DNA of 64,000 bases from Schmidtea nova (Eukaryota), in contig CM097883.1 in the NCBI GenBank assembly GCA_044892505.1, positions 236,654,001 through 236,718,000 on the forward strand, written 5' to 3'. The translations under genes and the position numbers were made by a program. Positions 55,201 to 62,213 of this stretch are shown here, piece after piece. Positions within the stretch are counted from its first letter, which is position 1, and each line of letters opens with the position of its first letter. Below the pieces are notes generated by a model. The model had not been told where the DNA came from. It saw nothing but the letters and a program-made list of their open reading frames with translations, and searched no databases.

Positions 55201-56598
55201 GATCAAGCGTATGGCAGCACGGTCTGGCGGAGAACCATTGGATATGGTTTATTTGTACAATGTGGCGTTAAGAGACGATGTTGATGAGGACTTGTCTTCT
55301 TCCGACCTAACGTTCAATTACGTATGAAGACACCCAGATGAAGTGGAAGATGTCTTCACGGATCCAGAAAGCAGGTTTACTGTGGGAGAGGCCGTTTTTG
55401 AAAAACCTCCTGATGCAAGATGTACTTCTCGGTGGAATGAAGGAAGAGTGACAAAAGTAAATTCATCTACAAATTTTGAGATTGACGCTATGCCTCGTCA
55501 TGTTTCCGACATAAGAAAAAAAGAGAATTCCACAGAAGACGAATTACAAATGCAAGACACTACCGAGGTTGCAAAGTTAGAAGTTGACGATTCAGTGCGT
55601 AGAAGTATAAGAGTACGAAATCCGCCACGTTACTTGGATGACTATGAACTGACGAGCGATATTGATGACGACATCACGGGGAGATGTGCCTTATTTAATT
55701 TATTGTGTTTAATTTAATTATTGTTTTTTTTTTAATTTCAATTGTTTTAATATTGATCGTATTTGAAATAGATTTAATATTTAGAAGCAGTTGATGTAAT
55801 AAATATTCAAAAACTCCTTAATTATTTTTACTACAATGTCCGACCACCTTAGTAAAAGACATTTGAGATTTCTAAGTTGCAATAATAAAGTCAAAACCGT
55901 CAACAGGGCAGGTGCTTTGATTTGTGTGCAAAAGTAAATGGATATATTTTATTAAATCTAAAAATAATTATTAGAACAAATCCAAAAAAAATAGTAATTG
56001 AAATAAAAAAAAATTTTTCTCTAAGCATTTCTAATTAATAAATCCTCATTAGGAAAATACAATATAAATAAAAATGAAAACAAAAATAATGACAAATGTA
56101 ATCCTTTTGAGGCGGTTCAGTCCCACAGTGCCGTGTACAGTTCACACCGTATGCCGATCATAACAGTACAGAATAAAACTTTATTTCCAAGGTTTTTCAC
56201 TAATTTAAAAATGGAAAATACATTTCTAAATTTTAAGATTTTAATTATTATATTTTAATATTTAATTTAATAATAATATGCTTATAGTTAGTAGATATGA
56301 AATTAAAATTCAATCAAATGAAACAATTACTTTGACAAAAACAGCGTTTGCACAGCCAAAGGAAAGTATTACATTCGAATTAGATTTATCAAAGAATAAT
56401 ATTACAAATCCATTTGAAATATCTGTCAGGGGGGTCGACGACAATTCCAACAATGGAGAATGGTCGAATTCATTTCCATATAATTGGAAATATGAACAAA
56501 TTATGCAAGAAAGTTTTGGTAAAAAAGAGACAGTGAAGCCTCTTGTTTCATTTACATTGTTAATTTTGTGCTATTGGTTTGTGCTGCAAATCATTTAA
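6227..56598 (+). CDS. CLCA: Host CLCA-like (calcium-activated chloride channel regulator) gene, 3' portion, 8 exons; 5' exons not visible
   Basis: vWA MIDAS ([23 protein letters not shown]), then [32 protein letters not shown] and a terminal hydrophobic tail. GT-AG junction phases 0,0,0,0,1,1,1 are compatible wherever both sides are visible. Confidence 0.85.
6425..6637 (+). CDS. CLCA: CLCA-like exon, vWA
   Basis: ttcag acceptor; [22 protein letters not shown]; gtaaga donor. Confidence 0.9.
7158..7282. repeat. Perfect palindrome, 62-bp arms, 1-nt spacer
   Basis: Direct reading: ..cccactaga-g-tctagtggg.. Confidence 0.9.
8576..9861 (+). pseudogene. Chapaev/Transib-like (RAG1-core-related) DDE transposase pseudogene
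   Basis: N-terminal [12 protein letters not shown] zinc motif; [49 protein letters not shown]. Internal deletion and stops. Probable right end near 10186. Confidence 0.7.
10178..13732 (-). pseudogene. Protein-primed DNA polymerase B (Polinton), fragmented
   Basis: [54 protein letters not shown]. Endonuclease VII-like CYLC..DHDYFTG..CKKCN insert. 38-bp tandem duplication near 12510-12580. Confidence 0.9.
14902..14992. repeat. Tandem repeat, ~24-bp unit ggggcataatttcatccctattca
   Basis: About 3.5 copies; shares the GATGAAATTA core with the MULE foldback at 17855. Confidence 0.8.
15767..15817. repeat. Tandem repeat, 20-bp unit tggatgttaattctgcaaat
   Basis: At least 2.5 copies, running into a gap. 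Confidence 0.8.
16100..16443 (-). pseudogene. Putative DEDD/DnaQ-like exonuclease of Polinton A (frameshifted)
   Basis: [14 protein letters not shown].. then LEWYEGQD..; resembles the small DnaQ-like proteins of insect DNA viruses and Polintons. Confidence 0.4.
16487..16628 (-). pseudogene. Adenain-type cysteine protease, C-terminal fragment (Polinton A)
   Basis: [37 protein letters not shown]; colinear with the copy B protease. Confidence 0.85.
16943..17143 (-). pseudogene. TUBB: Beta-tubulin fragment
   Basis: [46 protein letters not shown] versus canonical [49 protein letters not shown]. Confidence 0.92.
17138..17340 (-). pseudogene. TPR-repeat fragment (DNAJC7-like)
   Basis: [44 protein letters not shown]. 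Confidence 0.7.
17374..17493 (-). pseudogene. DDX6: DEAD-box helicase fragment (Q motif + motif I), DDX6-like
   Basis: [25 protein letters not shown] versus DDX6 PIQEESI..GRDILARAKNGTGKSGAY. Confidence 0.8.
17855..18737. mobile_element. Non-autonomous MULE/Foldback element with modular 15-bp repeat arms
   Basis: Arrays of gacgaaattacacaa in opposite orientation on the two arms; both ends start with G; perfect 9-bp TSD CACAATCAT at 17846-17854 and 18738-18746. Centre is a gap. Confidence 0.85.
18790..18990 (-). pseudogene. SMC2: SMC2 N-terminal (Walker A) fragment, frameshifted
   Basis: [59 protein letters not shown]. Confidence 0.88.
19157..19620 (+). pseudogene. rve integrase fragment (Ginger/SCAND3-like)
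   Basis: [40 protein letters not shown]. Confidence 0.8.
20314..20613 (+). CDS. CLCA: CLCA-like exon, vWA C-terminal half
   Basis: tag acceptor; [22 protein letters not shown]; 300 nt, phase 0 on both sides. Confidence 0.9.
20797..21573 (+). mobile_element. 5' fragment of a hAT element with a TTF-type zinc-finger N-terminus
   Basis: cagttgccagg..ccgg-rich left end; ORF 21181-21573 [22 protein letters not shown]. Confidence 0.65.
21820..22053 (+). CDS. CLCA: CLCA-like exon
   Basis: tttag acceptor; [17 protein letters not shown]; gtaagt donor; 234 nt. Confidence 0.75.
22698..24280. repeat. Left TIR of Polinton B (partner 37415-38732)
   Basis: Colinear inverted identity either side of the gaps. 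Contains a 22-bp repeat gtcttgcaaatcgattgcacat x4 (23651-23738), about x2 in the right TIR. Confidence 0.9.
23082..23573 (-). pseudogene. TIR-encoded unknown protein (frameshifted; second copy ~37928-38400, +)
   Basis: RPVQMFHDY..; alternate frame [25 protein letters not shown]; homologous to 57632-58048. Confidence 0.75.
24626..27095 (-). pseudogene. pPolB of Polinton B (N-terminus deleted, many lesions)
   Basis: [41 protein letters not shown]; colinear with copy A. Confidence 0.9.
27125..27500 (-). pseudogene. Adenain-type protease of Polinton B with a predicted 39-nt intron
   Basis: Spliced reading [41 protein letters not shown]. Confidence 0.85.
27542..28762 (-). pseudogene. Major capsid protein (double jelly-roll, Polinton PY)
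   Basis: [69 protein letters not shown]. Confidence 0.85.
28759..29110 (-). pseudogene. Small Polinton core/pX-like protein
   Basis: QTGG.. motif, amphipathic middle, basic RRKKHRR tail; sits between penton and MCP. Confidence 0.5.
29143..30160 (-). pseudogene. Minor capsid/penton (Polinton PX)
   Basis: [24 protein letters not shown] and [36 protein letters not shown]. Confidence 0.8.
30139..31030 (-). pseudogene. Polinton rve integrase + chromodomain, with a 42-nt intron
   Basis: [25 protein letters not shown]..; C-terminal [15 protein letters not shown]-terminus deleted and fused to the ATPase remnant. Confidence 0.88.
31203..35149 (-). mobile_element. hAT (Buster/SPIN, GTF2IRD2-like) element, pseudogenised
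   Basis: TIRs cagtggtggccaacc / ggttggccatggctg; TSD ATGTAGAC / ATCTAGAC (7/8). Transposase pieces [26 protein letters not shown]. Confidence 0.9.
31731..33024 (+). mobile_element. Mariner transposon inside the hAT (pseudogene)
   Basis: TA TSDs; TIRs cgtggtgcggtcaaaa / ttttgaccgcaccacg; [18 protein letters not shown]; frameshift near 32410. Related to the mariner at 212. Confidence 0.93.
35468..36830 (+). pseudogene. TBP: TBP-like gene of Polinton B, frameshifted and interrupted
   Basis: [37 protein letters not shown] [insertion] [16 protein letters not shown]. Confidence 0.85.
35834..36637 (-). mobile_element. Probable solo LTR flanked by (TA)n tracts (35774-35833, 36638-36713)
   Basis: On the minus strand it starts TG, ends near CA, has short imperfect terminal IRs and an internal TATAAA followed by an A-rich polyA-like signal. 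No ORF. Confidence 0.5.
37005..37321 (+). CDS. Cys-rich Polinton protein (spliced; intron 37027-37079)
   Basis: [38 protein letters not shown]; homologous to 61782-62163. Confidence 0.7.
37415..38732. repeat. Right TIR of Polinton B
   Basis: Inverted copy of 22698-24280. Confidence 0.9.
39607..39910 (+). CDS. CLCA: CLCA-like exon
   Basis: ttttag acceptor; [16 protein letters not shown]; phase-1 donor. Confidence 0.85.
40630..40706 (+). mobile_element. Remnant resembling the left terminus of Polinton D
   Basis: agta..aagtcatttatccctaaactgtatatatgttacg versus 60465 agtag..aagccatttatccctaaactatatatattacg; runs into a gap. Confidence 0.45.
41011..41130 (+). CDS. CLCA: CLCA-like exon
   Basis: Phase-1 acceptor; [16 protein letters not shown] matches the CLCA GAD..K.DGVYSRY motif. 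Confidence 0.8.
42306..42473 (+). CDS. CLCA: CLCA-like exon (5' end in gap), FN3-like start
   Basis: [22 protein letters not shown]; phase-1 donor. Confidence 0.8.
45670..45872. repeat. Perfect palindrome, ~97-bp arms, 9-nt spacer
   Basis: Direct reading: ..cctcgtcaa-actctgaga-ttgacgagg.. Confidence 0.9.
48073..48417. mobile_element. hAT MITE (Charlie/Buster type)
   Basis: TIRs CAGCGTTTCCCAAAGT / ACTTTGAGAAACGCTG; perfect TSD ATCTAGCT. Confidence 0.9.
49066..49428. mobile_element. hAT MITE
   Basis: TIRs CAGCGGTTCCCAACCT / AGGTTTGGAACCGCTG; TSD ACCTAATT / AACTAATT. Confidence 0.85.
50421..50826. repeat. Fold-back inverted duplication of the RT segment (191-bp arms, 24-bp spacer)
   Basis: Arms differ at one visible site (DVYG versus DVCG). 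Confidence 0.9.
50612..52330 (-). mobile_element. Gypsy LTR retrotransposon, 5' half (LTR, gag, protease, RT N-terminus), inverted
   Basis: LTR-like 52190-52330; gag 52172-51483 with two CCHC knuckles; protease ALIDSG; [26 protein letters not shown]. Confidence 0.9.
52533..53751 (+). mobile_element. 3' half of a hAT transposon (C-terminal transposase + right end)
   Basis: [51 protein letters not shown]; repeated ttaccg subterminal motifs; ends ..ggtaatggacaccata. Confidence 0.85.
53752..55835 (+). mobile_element. Gypsy LTR retrotransposon, 3' half (RT C-terminus, RNase H, integrase, 3' LTR)
   Basis: NVAP*IM..SYIDDII; WCDASS..INLAEL..TDSA; IAIDVT..VDNAT..GNGIIKR; purine tract ggggaga then an LTR matching 52190-52330. 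Confidence 0.9.
56288..56598 (+). CDS. CLCA: CLCA-like terminal exon
   Basis: Phase-1 acceptor; [23 protein letters not shown]; hydrophobic C-terminus; stop at 56598. Confidence 0.85.
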
Positions 56599-56862
56599 AC
56601 AAATCACATTAAAAACATTTAAAAATAATTTCAATTTGATTTTAAATTAATACAGATGTAATTGGATTATGAATAAATATATTTTGACCAACGAAATTAT
56701 GCGCTGCATTTTCAATCGAATTTGTTTTAATTCTTTTTATCAAAATTATGAATTAACAAGCAATTATGCGAGGGTTCCATTTAGCTTCCAAATCTTAGAT
56801 AGCCTATTAGGCAGTTATGTGCCCTCTGACACATCACAGAACAAAGACATATAAATCATCGA

Positions 56863-56968
56863 TGACTCATAACAAAGAACATGAGTCACCCCTACACCCA
56901 CCCCACATCCGGATGACTCATCGATGACTCATTTCAAATATGAATTTTATGACGTCATCGATGACTCA
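56863..56968. promoter_or_regulatory. Cluster of 5 AP-1 (TGASTCA) sites + 1 CRE (TGACGTCA)
   Basis: Sites at 56863, 56882, 56914, 56925, 56962; CRE at 56950. Confidence 0.7.
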
Positions 56969-57631
56969 TTTCAAATTTTAAATTTGAATGTACAAAGGTT
57001 AAATTAGGTCAAACCTTCAAACAAGGGTATCATTCGAAAGGTCTTGGAGAGGTCTATACAATGGTCAAATCTTCGAAGGTCTATGGTGTGTGCTCAACCT
57101 TCAAGCGTCTTAAACCTTCAAAAATCTTCAAACCTTATAATATACATATCATTCAAAAGGACTTTTAAAGGTGAGTTCAAAGGTCATACCCTTGAAAGGT
57201 CCAAGGTTCAAAATATTAAACCTTATAATATGTATATCAAACAAAAGGTAATAGACAGATGAGTATGGTGTGTATATAAAATTTATCAATCACTATTTTA
57301 TAAAATTTCCTAATCAAATTTTAAAAAGGACATTGCAATGCAGATGCAACGAAACATAGACTAATGAAATATAACTTTTAATAAAATTTTTCTACACGGA
57401 TATCTTGCGTGTGTGTGTGTGTGTTTGAGACAAATAATAGTACGTATTGAACGCGCGTGAAACGCGCGTTCTTCTTCCTTTGTTGTTTAAAACAAATAAT
57501 AGTAGGCATTGAACGCGCGTTCTTCTGCCCTTGTTGTTTAAGACAAATAACAAAATTTATGAAAATTCGAACAATCAAAAACTAAAATTTAAATTACTAA
57601 CATTTATTAAATAACATTTATAAAATAACAT

Positions 57632-58048
57632 TTATGCATATCGTGCACAGTCAATTCTCCAAATTGGAGTTATAACATCCTTTGTATCGATTTTATATCC
57701 CTGAATTATTAAGGTAATAAACAAATTTTCTTGATTCTTGTATTTGATAGATTGGAAAGCATCATGAAAACGGGTTTTTCGGTTGTTGATCCATATAGAT
57801 TCCTTGCAACCTAAATTGTTATTGATTTTGAATAACACTTTTTTTAGAGCAACAAAATCTTCTTTATCAATAATTGCAGCTAAACTGTCATACAATGACT
57901 TTGTTAATTTCACTGAATACGACAAACGAAATGATATTTCTTGTACCAAGAAATAAATTTTATAATCGTAATACATTTGTACTGGTTTCACTTCATTATT
58001 AATTTTTCTTTCTTCAATAATGTTATAAGTTGATTTACGTGCTGGCAT
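57632..58048 (-). CDS. Intact 138-aa TIR-encoded Polinton protein of unknown function
   Basis: Open ORF; conserved with the B TIR gene ([22 protein letters not shown]). Confidence 0.8.
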   Translation of the reverse strand: MPARKSTYNIIEERKINNEVKPVQMYYDYKIYFLVQEISFRLSYSVKLTKSLYDSLAAIIDKEDFVALKKVLFKINNNLGCKESIWINNRKTRFHDAFQSIKYKNQENLFITLIIQGYKIDTKDVITPIWRIDCARYA

Positions 58049-59186
58049 TTTATAAATTGTGACAACATCTTAAAAAATGTCTTTGTATTTCTAGTCACGA
58101 GTGTATGTCTTTGTATAATCAGAATCATGCATTTGTATTGCATATGTTATGCATGTCTTTGTCACGTGTTTTTCTAACTTGTTTTTGTTGTATGTATGTA
58201 ATTGATGCATGTGTGTTTTTAATATTTATTTGTTTAATAAATTCATTTTCAAATTATACCTTTAATAAAAATATCTTATTAAAAACAACTCTAACTAATT
58301 AAAACTTTTTAGAGTCAATTTATAATAACCTATTAAAAAATAAATAACAATTTAACTAATAAAAAGAATTTTTAAAGTAAATTTATAATTACTTATTTAA
58401 AAACTAAATAACATCTTAATACTCACCATAACATCTTTTTAATAAACTTTATTTACTTATAAAAATTGTTATTTAACATATATCCTTTTCTTTAAAATAA
58501 AATTATATAAAAAAAACCTAAATTAAAGAAATAACTTTTACTAAATAAACACTAAAATAAAAATACATTTGTTAATTAACCTACTATAATGGTTGATTAG
58601 TTTATTATAATAATAATGATGTTATTAATAATAAAAATAAAGACAAAATAATTAAAATTGAGAAAAAGTAATAACTTATTAATAATCAAACTTATATTCA
58701 AATAATTTACAACGAAAATACAAAAAATTACAAAAAATACAAAAAAATACAAAAGTTTATTCCAATTGATTATTGATTAATATGTACATTGATTAATATG
58801 CGGATTGANNNNNNNNNNNNNNNNNNNNNNNNNNNNNNNNNNNNNNNNNNNNNNNNNNNNNNNNNNNNNNNNNNNNNNNNNNNNNNNNNNNNNNNNNNNN
58901 NNNNNNNNNNNNNNNNNNNNNNNNNNNNNNNNNNNNNNNNNNNNNNNNNNNNNNNNNNNNNNNNNNNNNNNNNNNNNNNNNNNNNNNNNNNNNNNNNNNN
59001 NNNNNNNNNNNNNNNNNNNNNNNNNNNNNNNNNNNNNNNNNNNNNNNNNNNNNNNNNNNNNNNNNNNNNNNNNNNNNNNNNNNNNNNNNNNNNNNNNNNN
59101 NNNNNNNNNNNNNNNNNNNNNNNNNNNNNNNNNNNNNNNNCGTTAGCAGAGTTTATTAAAATATAATAATAAGGTAACAATAGTAA

Positions 59187-59843
59187 GCCTTCTCCGCAAT
59201 GTTTATTTAAATGAAATATTTCGATCTTTAAAAGATCCTGATCACTCAATGCGAAAATATTTCCAATTGGAGAAAGAAAATATCCAGAAAGAAGTGGAAT
59301 ATCAATTCGAAAGAATTTCGCATTGAGTGATCAGGATCTTTTAAAGATCGAAATATTTCATTTAAATAAACATTGCGGAGAAGGCTNNNNNNNNNNNNNN
59401 NNNNNNNNNNNNNNNNNNNNNNNNNNNNNNNNNNNNNNNNNNNNNNNNNNNNNNNNNNNNNNNNNNNNNNNNNNNNNNNNNNNNNNNNNNNNNNNNNNNN
59501 NNNNNNNNNNNNNNNNNNNNNNNNNNNNNNNNNNNNNNNNNNNNNNNNNNNNNNNNNNNNNNNNNNNNNNNNNNNNNNNNNNNNNNNNNNNNNNNNNNNN
59601 NNNNNNNNNNNNNNNNNNNNNNNNNNNNNNNNNNNNNNNNNNNNNNNNNNNNNNNNNNNNNNNNACCTTTGATCTTTTTTTATTATTATTATCAGTAATT
59701 CTCATAATGACTATAGATCAAATTTTTTTTTTATAAACAATAACACAATATTTCGGCACAGCCTTTATCAAGTGTGTATTTCTTGATAAAGGCTGTGCCG
59801 AAATATTGTGTTATTGTTTATAAAAAAAATTTGATCTATAGTC
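59187..59843. repeat. Two gap-adjacent inverted duplications (59187-59385; 59710-59843)
   Basis: Direct reading. The second involves a dispersed repeat also seen at ~14440-14580 and 60061-60172. Confidence 0.8.
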
Positions 59844-60179
59844 NNNNNNNNNNNNNNNNNNNNNNNNNNNNNNNNNNNNNNNNNNNNNNNNNNNNNNNNN
59901 NNNNNNNNNNNNNNNNNNNNNNNNNNNNNNNNNNNNNNNNNNNNNNNNNNNNNNNNNNNNNNNNNNNNNNNNNNNNNNNNNNNNNNNNNNNNNNNNNNNN
60001 NNNNNNNNNNNNNNNNNNNNNNNNNNNNNNNNNNNNNNNNNNNNNNNNNNNNNNNNNNNNTTCACCTTTGATCTTTTTTATTATTATTATCAATAATTCT
60101 CATAATGTTTATAGATCAAAATTTTTTTATAAACAATAACACACTATTTCGGCACAGCCTTTATCAAGTGTGTACGGCT

Positions 60180-60464
60180 CATTTTGCAAATGTCTTGCTC
60201 GCCATTCCAGCTATTCGGTTATTCTCCTGGACTCTTAGTCTGGATCATTTAGAGGATCATCTATAAAAATGTCACCCCCTGATAGTGCCCATATGCCAAA
60301 GATTTATTTTTAGCAACCCAATTGTATTTGTCATCGTTACATGTCAGTGCTGTTTTGTCATTATTTATGCTGTATAGTTGATGATTTTTGCTGATGATCC
60401 TAAACTGTGGGACTGTCTATATTTTATTATTACTATAACAATCAAAGTAATTCGCATGATAAAG
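60180..60464 (-). pseudogene. pPolB C-terminal fragment of Polinton C
   Basis: [40 protein letters not shown]. Confidence 0.85.
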
Positions 60465-60514
60465 AGTAGGGGATAGTGAGGACACGGGGCCAAGCCATTT
60501 ATCCCTAAACTATA

Positions 60515-60795
60515 TATATTACGTAATAATTATGCAGTTGCCTACCCCCCCACCCCCCACCCCCCAAAAAACGTAATATTATATATTATTACGTAATCAT
60601 TACGTAACCCTTTACGCAATTATTACATAATCATTACGTAATTAGTACGTCATTGTTACGTCATTGTTACGTAACTATTTTGTAACTATTACGTAATTAT
60701 TGTGTATTGATTATGTTACTATTACGTCATTATTACGTAATTATTTACAAAAAAAATAAATTCTTACATAACACGAAATCCCTTACGCAATTGAT
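60515..60795. promoter_or_regulatory. Array of PAR/E4BP4/CRE-type bZIP sites
   Basis: 7 exact TTACGTAA plus TTACGTCA x2, TTACGCAA x2, TTACATAA x2. Confidence 0.7.
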
Positions 60796-61165
60796 GATGT
60801 AATACTGTAATTTAATAATTTTTATTTATTTTTTCATAATTTTTACAAAAAATATAAAATAAATTAATTTTTTCAAATTTTTACCCAAAAATTTCAAAAA
60901 TGCTCGGATTTAAATAATTTTTATACCAATCTACTGGGAATTCAATGGCGAACAAAAAAGGGTCAAAAAGTAAAAACATGAAAAATTGGTCTTCTATGGT
61001 AAATTTAACATGAAAAAACCTTACTTGGTTAAAAATGGTTAAAATTCAAGATCTTTTACATATAAATAACCAGAATTTAACGTACAACAATAAAAAGTAA
61101 TATTAACTAGAAAAACAACAAAAAACACAAAGTATTTAAAAATAAAACTTTATTTAAATAAATCT

Positions 61166-61721
61166 TCAGGCAAATTGTTCATCAGCAGCATCTTCACGCA
61201 CACCCATAACCACATCAATTCCCTTATAATGTCCATAAGCCAGACTAACATTTTTTCCCACCCAAAGTCTTTTGTCGTCAAGATTAGTCAAGGCAATCTT
61301 AGAAGATTTATTAGTAAAGAGTTGATGATTCTTACTAACTATTCTCGACTGATCAACAGAAACTATTGAATTATTATTATAACAATCCAGATACGACTGA
61401 TGATTCAGTTTAGTATCCTTCAATGTTATACCCTTAGCCTTAATGCACTCTTCATCACCTAAAAGACTGTAACACTTTGGCCTAAGGAATACCCACTCAT
61501 CATACTTGAATCCTTTATTCTCGTCTTTGAATTTACCAATGACGGAATCTAGGTTCCTACTGTATAATGGGTGATTCGGATCATAATTAGAAGTGTCAAG
61601 TAAGTTATCTCTTATCATGGCCGGTAAAAGAATATCAAGCTTACAATTTCTAATCTCAAGAAAAAATGAATCGGTGTCACCAGCAACGATGTTAATTTCG
61701 CAGTTGAATTCGTTACGATAT
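61166..61721 (-). pseudogene. pPolB C-terminal segment of Polinton D (open but 5'-truncated)
   Basis: [36 protein letters not shown]. Confidence 0.9.
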
Positions 61722-61781
61722 AAAAAACAATAAAAAACACAATTTTTAAAATTAATCTTTATTTAAATAAATCTTCGGCAA

Positions 61782-62163
61782 TTAATTTGTATTGTAAAGG
61801 TCATCATAGTATGCCTTTCTCATTTCAGCAACCAAGATATGCACAGATTGTTGTCTTTTGAAATCGTGGCAACAAGCACATCCATTGGTGCATGAAACAC
61901 GCATTGATTCCTTACAAACAATACAATTTTCAACGCACTTGACTCCAGCTCCTAGCACCATATCATAGTGCATTTCAAGCAACTCCTCGATATTGATCCC
62001 TGTATATTGGTATATTTTATGTACCAACAACTCGGGGGCGCAATAATCGAGATTATTTTTAATCTTTGGATATAAATCTTGGATCTTCTTGAGAAGTACT
62101 TCGAGCAAATAAACTAAAAGAATAAATAAAAATAAAAATAAAAATACTCTTACTTTTTGACAT
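61782..62163 (-). CDS. Cys-rich Polinton protein (spliced; intron 62114-62153)
   Basis: ATG TCA AAA A/GTAAGA..TTTTAG/TT TAT TTG gives MSKIYLLEVLL..; C-terminal CxxxCxxC..CxxxCxCCH. Confidence 0.8.
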
Positions 62164-62213
62164 TTTCAAATTTTAACAATCAATGAGTAACAATTAATTC
62201 AAACAAAATTTAT

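Larger units (their letters stand above)
56800..60464. mobile_element. Polinton copy C (left TIR region, TIR gene, polB 3' end); exact left terminus not found
   Basis: Homolog of the B TIR gene; AAGGTCA-rich subterminal region like B; polB C-terminus at 60180-60464. Confidence 0.65.

Noticed and set aside
6016-60139. ORF-track entries dominated by X residues
   Set aside because: They only span N gaps; there is no coding evidence.
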